NCBI GenBank assembly: GCA_900766185.1
Contig: CAAFUL010000085.1
Location: 65,465 to 129,464, forward strand
Direction of reading: 5' to 3'
Source of the DNA: an uncultured Johnsonella sp.
Lineage (GTDB): Bacteria; Bacillota; Clostridia; Lachnospirales; Lachnospiraceae
DNA: 64,000 nt
Shown: positions 28,194 through 38,848 of the stretch, piece after piece
Numbering within the stretch: position 1 is the first letter of the stretch
Layout of the letters: each line of letters starts with the position of its first letter
Made by a program: the position numbers and the translations under genes
The notes under the pieces: generated by a model
Seen by the model: the letters and a program-made list of their open reading frames with translations, nothing else
Told to the model about the DNA's origin: nothing
The model's database searches: none

Positions 28194-30755
28194 ATGAACC
28201 TCATTGAGAAAATATTTGGAACACATAGTGAAAGAGAGATAAAAATGATCACCCCTATCGTGAAGAAGATAGAGGATATGCGTGATAAGATGATGTCTCT
28301 TAGTGATGACGAGTTAAAACAAAATACTGTAAAATTCAAGGAAAGAATTGCAGGCGGAGAAAGTTTGGATTCCATACTGCCGGAAGCATTCGCTACAGTA
28401 AGAGAAGCTGCAAGAAGAGTAGTTAACATGGAGCATTATCCGGTGCAGTTGATGGGTGGTATAGTACTGCATCAGGGGCGTATTGCGGAGATGAGAACGG
28501 GTGAAGGTAAGACCTTGGTATCTACCTGCCCTGCTTACCTTAATGCTCTGGCAGGAAAGGGCGTACATATAGTTACTGTCAATGACTATTTGGCAAAGCG
28601 TGACGCCGAGTGGATGGGAAGTATACATGAGTTTTTAGGCTTAACTGTCGGAGTTGTACTTAACTCAATGAACAATGATGAAAGGAAGGAAGCTTATGCT
28701 TGTGATATAACTTATGTAACCAACAACGAGCTTGGATTTGACTATCTTAGAGACAATATGGCTATATATAAGAATCAGAAGGTACTTCGTGAGCTTGATT
28801 ATGCCATAATAGATGAGGTAGACTCCGTACTTATAGATGAGGCGAGAACTCCGCTTATCATATCAGGTCAGTCCGGAAAATCAACCAAACTTTATGAAGT
28901 TTGTGATGTACTTGCAAAGCAGCTTGAGAAGGGTACAGCCAGTGCGGAGTTTAGCAAAATGAATGCTTTGATGGGAGAAACCATTGAAGAGACCGGAGAC
29001 TTTATAGTCAATGAGAAGGATAAGATAGTTAACCTTACCGAGCAGGGTGTTGCAAAGGTTGAGAAATTCTTCCAGATAGAAAACCTTGCAGATCCTGAGC
29101 ACCTTGAGATACAGCATTGTATAATACTGGCACTTCGTGCAAATAACCTGATGTTCAGGGATAAGGACTATGTAGTTAAGGATGATGAAGTACTTATAGT
29201 AGATGAATTTACCGGTCGTATAATGCCGGGAAGAAGATACTCTGATGGACTTCATCAGGCTATAGAGGCTAAAGAGCATGTAGATGTAAGAAGAGAGTCC
29301 AAGACTTTGGCAACTATAACCTTCCAGAACTTCTTTAATAAATTTAAGAAAAAAGCGGGAATGACCGGTACTGCACTTACGGAAGAAAAAGAGTTCAGAA
29401 ATACTTACGGAATGGATGCTATAGCAATACCTACCAATAAGCCTGTAGCTCGTAAAGACCATGAAGATGCAGTATACAAGAGTAAGAAAGAAAAGTTTAG
29501 GGCGGTTGTTGAGGATATAAAGCAGACCCACGAAAAAGGACAGCCGGTGCTTGTAGGTACCATTACCATAGAGACCTCCGAGATGCTTTCAAATATGCTT
29601 AAAAAAGAGGGTATACCTCATACCGTACTTAATGCCAAGTTCCATGAAAAGGAAGCGGAAATAGTAGCCGGAGCCGGAGTTCACGGTGCGGTAACAATAG
29701 CAACCAACATGGCAGGTCGTGGTACGGATATTAAACTTGACGATGAGTCCAAGGAAAAGGGCGGACTTAAGATCATAGGTACCGAAAGACATGAGGCAAG
29801 GCGTATAGACAACCAGCTCAGAGGTCGTTCAGGTCGTCAGGGAGACCCGGGAGAGTCAAGATTTTACATATCTCTTGAGGATGATCTTATGAGACTTTTC
29901 GGTTCTGAAAGACTTATAGGTATGTTTGAATCTCTTGGAGTGCCTGAAGGTGAGCAGATAGAGCACAGGATGCTTTCCAATGCCATAGAGAGAGCTCAGA
30001 TGAAGATAGAGAGCAATAACTACGGTATAAGAGAAAACCTGTTAAAATACGATCAGGTAAATAACGAGCAAAGAGAAGTTATCTATGAGGAGAGGAACAA
30101 AGTATTGGAAGGCGACAATATGCGAGATACAATACTTAGAATGATCAATAATATCATAGATAATGCCGTAAATATCGCTATATCTGATGATGCAAAACTT
30201 GAAGAGTGGGATCTTAAAGAACTTAAAGAGCTTTTGCTTCCTATAATACCGCTTTTAAAGATCGGTACAGAAGGTATTAACAATAAAAATGAGCTTATAC
30301 ATAACTTAAAAGAGCAGGCTATAAAGTTATATGAAGAAAAAGAAGCCGAGTTCCCGGATTCAGAGCAGATGAGAGAATTTGAGCGAGTTATACTCTTAAG
30401 AGTTATTGATAACAAGTGGATGAACCATATAGATGATATGGAACAGCTTAGACAAAGCATCGGTTTACAGGCATTCGGTCAAAAGGATCCCTTGGTAGAG
30501 TACAAAAAGAGTGCTTATGATATGTTCGGAGATATGACTGCGGCTATTACGGAAGATACCGTTAGAATACTCTACCATGTAAGAGTTGAGCAGAAGGTCG
30601 AAAGAGAACCGGCAGCTAAGGTTACCGGAACCAACAAGGATGACAGTTCTGTTAAAGAACCTGTAAAAAGAGATGCCGATAAGGTATATCCGAATGACCC
30701 ATGTCCATGCGGCAGCGGTAAAAAATATAAGCAATGCCATGGAAGATTAAAGTAA
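28194..30755 (+). CDS. secA: preprotein translocase ATPase SecA
   Basis: MNLIEKIFG start with RBS aggagag. DEAD-like motor. C-terminal zinc finger [14 protein letters not shown]. Confidence 0.95.
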   Translation: MNLIEKIFGTHSEREIKMITPIVKKIEDMRDKMMSLSDDELKQNTVKFKERIAGGESLDSILPEAFATVREAARRVVNMEHYPVQLMGGIVLHQGRIAEMRTGEGKTLVSTCPAYLNALAGKGVHIVTVNDYLAKRDAEWMGSIHEFLGLTVGVVLNSMNNDERKEAYACDITYVTNNELGFDYLRDNMAIYKNQKVLRELDYAIIDEVDSVLIDEARTPLIISGQSGKSTKLYEVCDVLAKQLEKGTASAEFSKMNALMGETIEETGDFIVNEKDKIVNLTEQGVAKVEKFFQIENLADPEHLEIQHCIILALRANNLMFRDKDYVVKDDEVLIVDEFTGRIMPGRRYSDGLHQAIEAKEHVDVRRESKTLATITFQNFFNKFKKKAGMTGTALTEEKEFRNTYGMDAIAIPTNKPVARKDHEDAVYKSKKEKFRAVVEDIKQTHEKGQPVLVGTITIETSEMLSNMLKKEGIPHTVLNAKFHEKEAEIVAGAGVHGAVTIATNMAGRGTDIKLDDESKEKGGLKIIGTERHEARRIDNQLRGRSGRQGDPGESRFYISLEDDLMRLFGSERLIGMFESLGVPEGEQIEHRMLSNAIERAQMKIESNNYGIRENLLKYDQVNNEQREVIYEERNKVLEGDNMRDTILRMINNIIDNAVNIAISDDAKLEEWDLKELKELLLPIIPLLKIGTEGINNKNELIHNLKEQAIKLYEEKEAEFPDSEQMREFERVILLRVIDNKWMNHIDDMEQLRQSIGLQAFGQKDPLVEYKKSAYDMFGDMTAAITEDTVRILYHVRVEQKVEREPAAKVTGTNKDDSSVKEPVKRDADKVYPNDPCPCGSGKKYKQCHGRLK

Positions 30756-30769
30756 AGGCGGTGAGGTAA

Positions 30770-31883
30770 ATGTTGGAGCTTGAACAATACGATGCATTAT
30801 TGTCGAGCTATGAAAAACCTCTTACAGAAGTGAGGGATTCACTTTGACCTTGAGGGAAAAGAAAAGAAACTTGCAGAACTTAACAAGTCAATGGAAGCAG
30901 CTAACTTTTGGGATGATAACTCAAAATCAGCTGAGATATTAAAAGAAGCAAAATCATTGGAAAGTGATATAGAAAGCTTTAAGGAGCTTAAAAGCCTTTA
31001 TGAAGATATAGAGGTACTTATAGAGCTTGCAGGAGAGGAGAAGGATACATCACTTCTCAATGATATAAAGCATTTTCTTAGTACCTTAGAAAGCAAGATG
31101 AATGCACTCAGAACCAAGACCCTGCTTTTTGGAGAGTATGACAGCTCCTGCGCCATACTTAAGCTTAATGCCGGAGTAGGAGGCGTTGAAGCCTGTGATT
31201 GGTGCTCAATGTTATATAGAATGTATTCCAGATGGGCACAAAATATGGGCTATAGTGTTGAAGTATTGGATTTTCTGGAAGAAGATGAGGCGGGACTTAA
31301 GTCTATAACCATGCAGATAAACGGGCTCAATGCCTACGGTTACCTTAAAAGTGAGCATGGTATACATAGACTGGTACGCATTTCACCGTTTAATGCGGCG
31401 GCAAAAAGGCAAACTTCCTTTGTTTCCTGTGATGTAGTACCTGAGATAGAAGAAGACCTTGATCTGGATATCAATGAAGAAGACATACGCATGGATACCT
31501 ATCGTGCCAGCGGTGCGGGAGGACAGCATGTAAATAAGACTTCATCCGCAGTGCGTATAACACATATACCTACAGGTATAGTAGTGCAGTGTCAGAATGA
31601 GAGAAGTCAGCTCCGTAACAAAGAAAAGGCTATGCAAATGCTCAAATCCAAGCTTTATATGATAAAGAAGCAGGAGAATGTTGATAAAATTTCCGATATA
31701 AGAGGTTCGGTTAAGGAAATAGGTTGGGGTTCACAAATAAGATCTTATATCATGCAACCCTACAGTTTGGTAAAGGATCATAGAACAGGCTGTGAAACTG
31801 CCAATGTCAGTGCTGTATTGGACGGAGATATAGAAAAATTTATAACTGCCTACTTGACCTATCTTAGTTTAGGTAACAAGTAG
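30770..31883 (+). CDS. prfB: peptide chain release factor 2, with a programmed +1 ribosomal frameshift at 30842-30848 (CTT TGA C)
   Basis: ORF0 (MLELEQYDALLSSYEKPLTEVRDSL) ends at an in-frame TGA (30845-30847). An SD-like GAGGGA lies 3 nt before CTT. The +1 frame continues as DLEGKEKKLAELNK... through the SPF and GGQ (SGAGGQHVNKT) motifs to 31883. Confidence 0.85.
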
Positions 31884-31938
31884 CAGTCAGGTTATATATT
31901 CACAGATTATAGCAATAGTTAGGTTTTTGAATATCTAA

Positions 31939-31986
31939 GACCGTCATTGTCTGAATAAAATTACATAGGACAATGACGGTTTTAGA
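31939..31986 (+). terminator. rho-independent terminator after prfB
   Basis: gaccgtcattgtc...gacaatgacggt followed by tttta. Confidence 0.5.
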
Positions 31987-32113
31987 TTTATAGCTGCGTA
32001 TTTATAACATCAGGGCTTAAAAGGTACAGTCAAAGCAAGCATTGTGCTTGCTTTTTTGCTGTTTTTATGTTAAAATCCCTGAGTGTCATACATTTGTATG
32101 TGGAGGAAATACA

Positions 32114-32554
32114 ATGCGGGAAGATATATATTATTTGGTGAAAGAAAAGGCTATTCCTGAAGTGCTTATAAAAGTGGTAGAGGCTAAAAAACTTTTAAGC
32201 GAAGACAGGAATATGAGCATTATACAGGCTACAGATAAAGTCGGCATCAGTAGAAGTTCATTTTATAAATACAAGGATGATATATCAACTTTTAGTGATA
32301 ATGCCAGAGGAAAGACCATAACTTTAGCTATGCAAATGTTGGATAAACCGGGGCTTTTATCAGATTTGTTAAAGATAGTATCCACCTATCAAGCCAATAT
32401 CCTGACAATACATCAATCCATACCGGTAAATAATATTGCAAATATTTCACTATCTATAGAGGTATTGGAGGGAACAGGAAATATAACCAAATTACTGGAT
32501 GAAATAAAATCATGCGAAGGCGTATACGAAGTAAAAATTTTAGCTAGGGAGTAA
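32114..32554 (+). CDS. ACT-domain protein (UPF0735 family) preceding hom
   Basis: Start at ATG 32114 after ggaggaaat. C-terminal ACT fold (ITLAMQMLDKPGLLSDLLKIVSTYQANILTIHQ). Confidence 0.6.
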   Translation: MREDIYYLVKEKAIPEVLIKVVEAKKLLSEDRNMSIIQATDKVGISRSSFYKYKDDISTFSDNARGKTITLAMQMLDKPGLLSDLLKIVSTYQANILTIHQSIPVNNIANISLSIEVLEGTGNITKLLDEIKSCEGVYEVKILARE

Positions 32555-32562
32555 ATAAAGAG

Positions 32563-33777
32563 ATGATAAATGTATCAATATTAGGTTTTGGAACTGTAGG
32601 TTCAGGAGTCTATCAAATAATCAATGAAAACAATAAAGAGTTGGAAGCCTCTACAGGAAGACAGATAAGAGTTAAAAGCATTTTAGATAACAGGAAATCC
32701 GTAAATCCTGATATAGCTGCTATACTTGCGGAAAAATTTGAAGATATAGAAAACGATGAGGAAGTATCCGTAGTGGTAGAAACCATAGGAGGTACCGAAG
32801 CGGCTTATGATTTTGTTAAAAGAGCCTTACTAAAAGGTAAAAATGTAGTTACTTCCAACAAGGCATTGGTTGAGATGTACGGAAGTGAGTTACTTAGAAT
32901 TGCAAAGGAAAAGAATGTAGCCTTTCTTTTTGAGGCAAGTGTAGGAGGCGGTATACCTCTTATAAGAACAATAGGAGATGCCTTTGCCGGAGAAGTTATA
33001 AAAGAAATAGACGGAATATTAAACGGTACGACCAATTATATACTGACCTGTATGACGGAAGAGGGACAAAGCTTTGAAGAAGCACTACACAAAGCACAGG
33101 AGCTCGGTTATGCGGAAAGAAACCCTGAAGCCGATATAGAAGGATACGATACCGGAAGAAAAATAGCCATACTAAGCTCACTTGCTTGCAAAAAAGAAGT
33201 AAAGTTCAGCGATATATATACTGAGGGCATAAGTAAGATAGAAAAAGTGGATCTTGAGTATGCTAAGCAGATGTCAATGGCAATAAAGCTTTGCGGAAGT
33301 GCAACAGTTGACGACAATGGAGATATAGCAGCCTATGTCTGCCCCATGATGCTTGATAGAGATAATCCCTTATATATGGTAAAAGGGGTATTTAATGCCA
33401 TATTACTTGAGGGCAATATGCTCGGCAGGACTATGCTTTACGGAAGCGGAGCCGGAAAACTGCCTACTGCAAGTGCGGTAGTTTCAGACATACTCTCAAT
33501 AATTAAGCTTGGAAATAATAGATTACCTATAGAATGGTCTGAGGAAAGAGCGAAGGTACTTCCTATGGACAAAACCTCACATAGATACTTTATAAGATTT
33601 AAGGATGTGGATGATAAGCATATAACAAGGTGTAGAAGAGCCTTTGCGGATTCCGAAGTTATAAGACTTGAAGGATTGGATGAGTTTGCTATTCTTACAG
33701 GTTATATAAGGGAAAAAGATTTTAACTTGGTAAGTGAAAGCCTTGATGATATAATAAAGTTTATAAGGGTAAGGTAA
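32563..33777 (+). CDS. hom: homoserine dehydrogenase
   Basis: N-terminal NAD(P)-binding domain (GFGTVGSGV), catalytic domain and C-terminal ACT-like regulatory domain. Confidence 0.85.
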   Translation: MINVSILGFGTVGSGVYQIINENNKELEASTGRQIRVKSILDNRKSVNPDIAAILAEKFEDIENDEEVSVVVETIGGTEAAYDFVKRALLKGKNVVTSNKALVEMYGSELLRIAKEKNVAFLFEASVGGGIPLIRTIGDAFAGEVIKEIDGILNGTTNYILTCMTEEGQSFEEALHKAQELGYAERNPEADIEGYDTGRKIAILSSLACKKEVKFSDIYTEGISKIEKVDLEYAKQMSMAIKLCGSATVDDNGDIAAYVCPMMLDRDNPLYMVKGVFNAILLEGNMLGRTMLYGSGAGKLPTASAVVSDILSIIKLGNNRLPIEWSEERAKVLPMDKTSHRYFIRFKDVDDKHITRCRRAFADSEVIRLEGLDEFAILTGYIREKDFNLVSESLDDIIKFIRVR

Positions 33778-33947
33778 GAGTTCTATATAAATTTAACCGC
33801 TATACTTTATTGATCGGTTTTAGTTTGCTAAGTATATATCAGGAGTAGAAGCTTGTTTATCGGTTAAAGTTAGAAGCCTTGTATTATTTTTAAATATGAA
33901 TTGGTTAGCATAACTGCAAGCTTAACTTAAATAATGAGGAGGTAATT

Positions 33948-34370
33948 ATGTCAGATAATAGTTGTATATTTTGTAAAATTGCAAATGGTGAGATAAATTC
34001 ATCAACCCTTTATGAAGATGAAGATTTCAGAGTTATACTTGATATAAGCCCTGCAAGTAAGGGACATACACTTATACTTTTAAAAGGTCATTATGCGGAT
34101 ATACTGGAAGTGCCTGATGAGATTTCGGCAAAAATTCTTCCACTTGTAAAAAAGGTTGGAGCTGCCTGTATGAAGGCACTTAATGCAGACGGTTTTAATA
34201 CACTTATCAACACCAAAGAAAGTGCGGGACAGACCGTATTTCACTGCCATATACATATAATACCCAGATTTGCAAAAGAAAAGTCAATACTTACATGGGA
34301 TAATCTTTCTTATAAAGAGGGAGAGCAGGAAGAAATACTTAAAAATATAAAAAAAGAGCTGAAAGCATAA
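33948..34370 (+). CDS. HIT-family (histidine triad) hydrolase
   Basis: CIFCKI and the HCHIHIIP histidine triad. Confidence 0.8.
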   Translation: MSDNSCIFCKIANGEINSSTLYEDEDFRVILDISPASKGHTLILLKGHYADILEVPDEISAKILPLVKKVGAACMKALNADGFNTLINTKESAGQTVFHCHIHIIPRFAKEKSILTWDNLSYKEGEQEEILKNIKKELKA

Positions 34371-34371
34371 T

Positions 34372-34977
34372 ATGTATTATAATATAAAACCAAGATTATA
34401 CACCATAAGTACCTGTATAGTAGTTATAAATATAATATATTTTTTAGTACTTGAGCTAAGCGGCGCATCTTCAAGTGTAGAGGGTATGTTAAGTTTCGGA
34501 GCGGCAAGAGCGGATCTGATTTTTTTCGATCATCAGTATTTCAGGCTTCTAAGTGCTATGTTTATGCATTTTGATATTATGCATATATCGGGAAATATGC
34601 TTATACTTTTCTTGCTCGGCGAAAGGCTGGAACATTTGATAGGCAAATTAAACTTTATCGTACTTTATCTGTTAAGCGGTATATTTTCATCTGTATTCAG
34701 CTGTATATACGATATATATGTTAATGACATGCTTGTAAGCGCAGGAGCAAGCGGTGCGGTATTCGGAGTAATAGGAGCCCTAATATATATACTTACTGTA
34801 AATAAGACAAGAGTAGAGGGGCTGGACCTTAGAAGTATGATATTTATGACGGTGCTTATGCTTTACTATGGTTTTTCGTCATCCAATGTAGATAATATAG
34901 CGCATATAAGTGGCGGACTGATAGGTTTTGTACTTTCTATGGCACTGTATAGACCGTTTAGAAGAGATTATATTTAA
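34372..34977 (+). CDS. rhomboid-family intramembrane serine protease
   Basis: Six TM helices with GASGAVFGV (catalytic Ser) and AHISGGLIGF (catalytic His). Confidence 0.7.
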   Translation: MYYNIKPRLYTISTCIVVINIIYFLVLELSGASSSVEGMLSFGAARADLIFFDHQYFRLLSAMFMHFDIMHISGNMLILFLLGERLEHLIGKLNFIVLYLLSGIFSSVFSCIYDIYVNDMLVSAGASGAVFGVIGALIYILTVNKTRVEGLDLRSMIFMTVLMLYYGFSSSNVDNIAHISGGLIGFVLSMALYRPFRRDYI

Positions 34978-35024
34978 ATGAACAAAAGTGTCGTATTGGA
35001 TAAAAAGTACACAGTTTAATATTT

Positions 35025-35111
35025 GTAGCCTTTATCCCTTGCTAAAAGTAGCTGCAAGTTATACAGAAAGTGTAAAACTTGCAGATGCCTTTAGCAAGGG
35101 ATAAAGGCTAC
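35025..35111. terminator. long bipartite palindrome between the convergent rhomboid and murG genes (probable bidirectional terminator or structured element)
   Basis: 24-bp outer stem (gtagcctttatcccttgctaaaag / cctttagcaagggataaaggctac, one mismatch). It encloses a 9-bp inner stem (ctgcaagtt / aacttgcag). Confidence 0.45.
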
Positions 35112-35142
35112 GATTCATTAATAAAGCTGTATATCAACTATG

Positions 35143-36204
35143 CTATACACAAGCCTCTTCTATTACTTTTATACAAGCGCTCACACCGTCAGATACTCCG
35201 GCAGTCTGCATGCTTTTAATATAGCTGTCTTTATTGGCATAGACCTCATCAATAGCAGCCAACAGCGAGTCTTTATTTAAGGCTTCATCCTCTATTACAT
35301 AAGAAAACCCCTGTTTTTTAAATGAAGCGGCATTTAATATCTGATCTCCCCTGCTTGCTTTGGCAGAAAGGGGTACAAGTATATTCAGCTTTTTTAATGC
35401 AAGCAGCTCTGAGATTGCATTGGCACCGGCACGGCTTATAACTATATCAGCCAAGGCGAATACATCTTTTAATTGTGAAGAGATATATTCATATTGAACA
35501 TAGCCTGAAAGCTTTATATTTGCATCTACATTTCCCTTACCGCAGATATGTACTACATAGAATTTTTCAAGCAACTTATTTATACTGTTTCTTACAGCGG
35601 TATTGACACTGACTGCACCGAGACTTCCGCCGATAACAAGTATTACAGGCTTCTTATCATCAAGCCCGGTAAATTCCCTTGCTTTTTCTACACTTCCGGA
35701 TAAAAGTTCAGCTCTTATAGGCGAGCCGGTAAGCACAGCCTTATCTTTAGAAATATATCCAAGAGTTTCAGGAAAATTATAGCATATCTTCTTTGCATAT
35801 TTTGAAGAAATCTTATTGGCAAGACCGGGACTTATATCAGACTCATGGATGACTACAGGTATCTTAAGCATATGTGCAGCTATAACTACAGGAACTGTAA
35901 CAAATCCGCCTTTGGAAAACACTACATCCGGTTTATATTTTTTCAGTATTTTACGGGCATCAAAAAGCCCCTTAATAACACGAAAAGGATCTGTAAAATT
36001 TTTTATATCAAAATATCTGCGCAGCTTGCCGGAAGATATGGACTTAAACTCTATATTTTCTTTTTGGATAAGCTCTTTTTCTATGCCCTTTTTAGAACCT
36101 ATATATAAAATATCATATCCAAGTTCACGAAGTTTCGGTACAAGAGCAATATTTGGGGTTACATGACCGGCACTTCCTCCGCCGGTAAGAACTATTTTTT
36201 TCAT
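35143..36204 (-). CDS. murG: UDP-N-acetylglucosamine--N-acetylmuramyl-(pentapeptide)-pyrophosphoryl-undecaprenol N-acetylglucosamine transferase MurG
   Basis: MKKIVLTGGGSAGHVTPNIAL N-terminus. GT28 N- and C-terminal domains. Confidence 0.9.
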   Translation of the reverse strand: MKKIVLTGGGSAGHVTPNIALVPKLRELGYDILYIGSKKGIEKELIQKENIEFKSISSGKLRRYFDIKNFTDPFRVIKGLFDARKILKKYKPDVVFSKGGFVTVPVVIAAHMLKIPVVIHESDISPGLANKISSKYAKKICYNFPETLGYISKDKAVLTGSPIRAELLSGSVEKAREFTGLDDKKPVILVIGGSLGAVSVNTAVRNSINKLLEKFYVVHICGKGNVDANIKLSGYVQYEYISSQLKDVFALADIVISRAGANAISELLALKKLNILVPLSAKASRGDQILNAASFKKQGFSYVIEDEALNKDSLLAAIDEVYANKDSYIKSMQTAGVSDGVSACIKVIEEACV

Positions 36205-36258
36205 CAGTATACCTTTCTAAAAAACATAATTATTTATATAATTTATAATGATTACAGC

Positions 36259-36395
36259 TTACAGTTCAGGTGGTTTATATACTTGTATAATACACCAATG
36301 AAAGCTTGCTTTCAGAAACATATTATACATATATATCCGGGCTACATGAACTGTAACAATAAGATGAATGAGTCTACATGAACTGTAACTATTAT
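36259..36395. repeat. intergenic repeat copy A (upstream of mtnN) containing the TGAAAGCTTGCTTTCA palindrome
   Basis: Shares collinear blocks with copy B at 37208-37400: tacagttcaggt, TGAAAGC-NN-GCTTTCA, atattatacatatatatccggRcta, aactgtaac, aataag, aagatgaatg. An internal ctacatgaactgtaac direct repeat occurs twice. Confidence 0.45.
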
Positions 36396-36509
36396 AGTGC
36401 AAAAATCAAATTTTCGTATTAAAATATAATACTGTAGTCAAAATATGATTTTAAGACTTATAGATCCGGTATTTAAATATAACACAAAACATAAAAAAGG
36501 AGAAGATAT

Positions 36510-37205
36510 ATGATAGGTATTATAGGAGCAATGGAAGAGGAGATAACGAATTTAAAATCACACATGCAGGTGGATGAGGTACAGACCATAGCCGGTATGT
36601 CTTTTTTTAAGGGAGCTGTAAAAGGAACCAAGCTTGTACTTGTGCGTTCAGGCATAGGAAAGGTAAATGCCGGAATATGCACCCAAATACTTGCAAGTGT
36701 ATACGGAGTGGATACTGTGATCAATACAGGTATAGCCGGCTCCCTTAATGCCGATATTGATATAGGAGATATAGTTGTATCTACAAGTCTGGTACAATAT
36801 GATGTTGACGCCAGGAATTTCGGATATAAACTTGGTGAAATACCGAGAATGAATATTGTAGAGTTTCCGGCAGATAAATATCTTATAGATAAGACACAAA
36901 GTGTATTTGATAGTCTAGGTCTTGGCATAAAGCTTTACAAGGGCATGGTAGCCACAGGGGATAAGTTTGTATCTGAGGATAGTTTAAAAGCTGAGATTAT
37001 CAGTAATTTCCATGCTTACTGTGTTGAAATGGAGGGAGCAGCCATAGCACAGGCGGCAATGCTTAACAACATGGCTTGTGTAGTTATAAGGGCTATATCG
37101 GATAAGGCGGATAACAGTGCCGATGTTGATTACAGAAGCTTTGAAGCAAAAGCCATAGAAAATATGTCAAAAATCAGTTTGGCACTGGTTGACAGCTTAA
37201 AATAA
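36510..37205 (+). CDS. mtnN: 5'-methylthioadenosine/S-adenosylhomocysteine nucleosidase
   Basis: MIGIIGAMEEEI N-terminus and the PNP/UDP fold. Confidence 0.85.
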   Translation: MIGIIGAMEEEITNLKSHMQVDEVQTIAGMSFFKGAVKGTKLVLVRSGIGKVNAGICTQILASVYGVDTVINTGIAGSLNADIDIGDIVVSTSLVQYDVDARNFGYKLGEIPRMNIVEFPADKYLIDKTQSVFDSLGLGIKLYKGMVATGDKFVSEDSLKAEIISNFHAYCVEMEGAAIAQAAMLNNMACVVIRAISDKADNSADVDYRSFEAKAIENMSKISLALVDSLK

Positions 37206-37207
37206 GG

Positions 37208-37400
37208 TTACAGTTCAGGTAGCTCATTCATCTTCGTCAAAACAACCTAAAAATGTTTGACCTTATTTATAAGTTAGGCGAAGATGAATGTTGACAGTAG
37301 CCTGTTGGATATATATCTATAATATATACCTGAAAGCAAGCTTTCATTTAGTATATTATACATATATATCCGGACTACCTTAACTGTAACCAAATAAGGA
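37208..37400. repeat. intergenic repeat copy B (upstream of pgi) containing TGAAAGCAAGCTTTCA and a ~110-nt hairpin insertion
   Basis: Same ordered blocks as copy A. It also contains an extra inverted repeat (cattcatcttcg ... cgaagatgaatg) that forms a long hairpin. Confidence 0.45.
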
Positions 37401-37495
37401 TTAATTATTATCATATATATAATGCAAGAATAGTATTAAATAGGGAAATATGCTATACTATTTAATCTATAAACAAATATTTAAAGGAGCAAACA

Positions 37496-38845
37496 ATGTC
37501 CAAACTATCATTCGATTACTCAAAGGCACTTGAGTTTGTGTCACAGGAAGAAATAGATAACTTTGAAAGTACAGTAAACTTAGCTAAAGAAACCTTGATT
37601 AATAAAAGGGGAGCCGGAGCTGATTTTTTAGGTTGGCTTGACCTTCCTGTAAATTACGATAAAGAAGAATTTGAAAGAATAAAGAAAGCTGCCAAGAAGA
37701 TACAAAGTGATTCCGAAGTGCTTGTGGTGATAGGAATAGGAGGTTCTTACCTTGGGGCAAAGGCTTGCATCGAAGCACTTAGCCACAGTTTTTATGCTTT
37801 ACTTGATAAAACAAAAAGACCCTATCCTCATATAGTGTTTTGCGGCAATTCCATATCTGAAAAATACCTTCATGATTTGGAAGAGGCGCTGGAAGGTAAA
37901 GATTTTTCAATCAATATTATATCAAAGTCGGGTACGACTACCGAGCCAGCTGTAGCATTTAGGGTATTAAAGAAAGCTTTAATAAAAAAGTACGGCAAAG
38001 AAGAAGCAAGAAAAAGAATTTACGCAACTACAGATAGAGCAAAGGGAGCATTAAAAAAACTTACAGATGAGGAAGGTTATGAAAGCTTTGTAGTACCTGA
38101 TGATGTGGGCGGAAGATTTTCCGTGCTTACCGCAGTCGGACTGCTTCCTATAGCTGTAGCCGGCATAGATATAGATAAACTTATGGAAGGGGCTGCCGCT
38201 GCAAGAAAGTCAGCTTTGGAAAAACCATACAAGGAAAATCCGGCATTATTATATGCGGCTTTGAGAAATATTATACATAGAAAGGGAAAGGCTGTAGAAA
38301 TACTTGCAAACTACGAGCCAAGTCTTCATTATATTTCAGAGTGGTGGAAGCAACTTTACGGAGAAAGCGAAGGTAAGGACAATAAGGGAATATATCCAGC
38401 CTCTGTTGACTTAACAACAGACCTTCATTCTATGGGACAGTTTATACAAGAAGGAAGCAGAATTCTTTACGAAACAGTAATTTCTATAGAAGAGCCTTTG
38501 GTAAATATGCTTTTAGAGGAAGAAGAAAAAGATACTGACGGTATGAATTATCTTGCAGGCAAGAGTATAGATTTTGTCAATAAATCCGCAATGAACGGAA
38601 CCATACTTGCCCACACTGACGGAGGAGTACCTAATCTTTCGATAGTATTGCCAAAGCTCAATGAGGAGTATCTTGGAGAACTTTTCTACTTCTTTGAATT
38701 TGCCTGTGGAGTAAGCGGATATATATTGGCAGTAAATCCCTTTAATCAACCCGGAGTAGAAAGCTACAAAAAGAATATGTTTGCTCTGCTCGGTAAACCG
38801 GGCTTTGAAAGGGAAAGAGAAGAGTTGCTCAAAAGACTACAGTAG
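37496..38845 (+). CDS. pgi: glucose-6-phosphate isomerase (Firmicute-type)
   Basis: 449 aa with SIS domains ([21 protein letters not shown]) and the C-terminal catalytic region. Confidence 0.9.
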   Translation: MSKLSFDYSKALEFVSQEEIDNFESTVNLAKETLINKRGAGADFLGWLDLPVNYDKEEFERIKKAAKKIQSDSEVLVVIGIGGSYLGAKACIEALSHSFYALLDKTKRPYPHIVFCGNSISEKYLHDLEEALEGKDFSINIISKSGTTTEPAVAFRVLKKALIKKYGKEEARKRIYATTDRAKGALKKLTDEEGYESFVVPDDVGGRFSVLTAVGLLPIAVAGIDIDKLMEGAAAARKSALEKPYKENPALLYAALRNIIHRKGKAVEILANYEPSLHYISEWWKQLYGESEGKDNKGIYPASVDLTTDLHSMGQFIQEGSRILYETVISIEEPLVNMLLEEEEKDTDGMNYLAGKSIDFVNKSAMNGTILAHTDGGVPNLSIVLPKLNEEYLGELFYFFEFACGVSGYILAVNPFNQPGVESYKKNMFALLGKPGFEREREELLKRLQ

Positions 38846-38848
38846 TAT

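Noticed and set aside
28881-29531. 216-aa ORF antisense to secA, plus other antisense ORFs across secA and nifJ
   Set aside because: They sit opposite essential, strongly conserved coding sequence. The translations are Tyr/Phe/Leu-rich with no motif, and there are no plausible translational signals.
36382-36509. Possible SAM (S-box) riboswitch in the mtnN leader
   Set aside because: The leader is very AT-rich and lacks the GC-rich conserved S-box cores (no CTCTTATC...GAGGGA-like elements). The repeat/palindrome element is reported instead.
36473-36928. 151-aa minus-strand ORF overlapping mtnN, and 35816-36381 plus-strand ORFs overlapping murG
   Set aside because: They overlap well-supported genes on the opposite strand and have no homology features; they are spurious.
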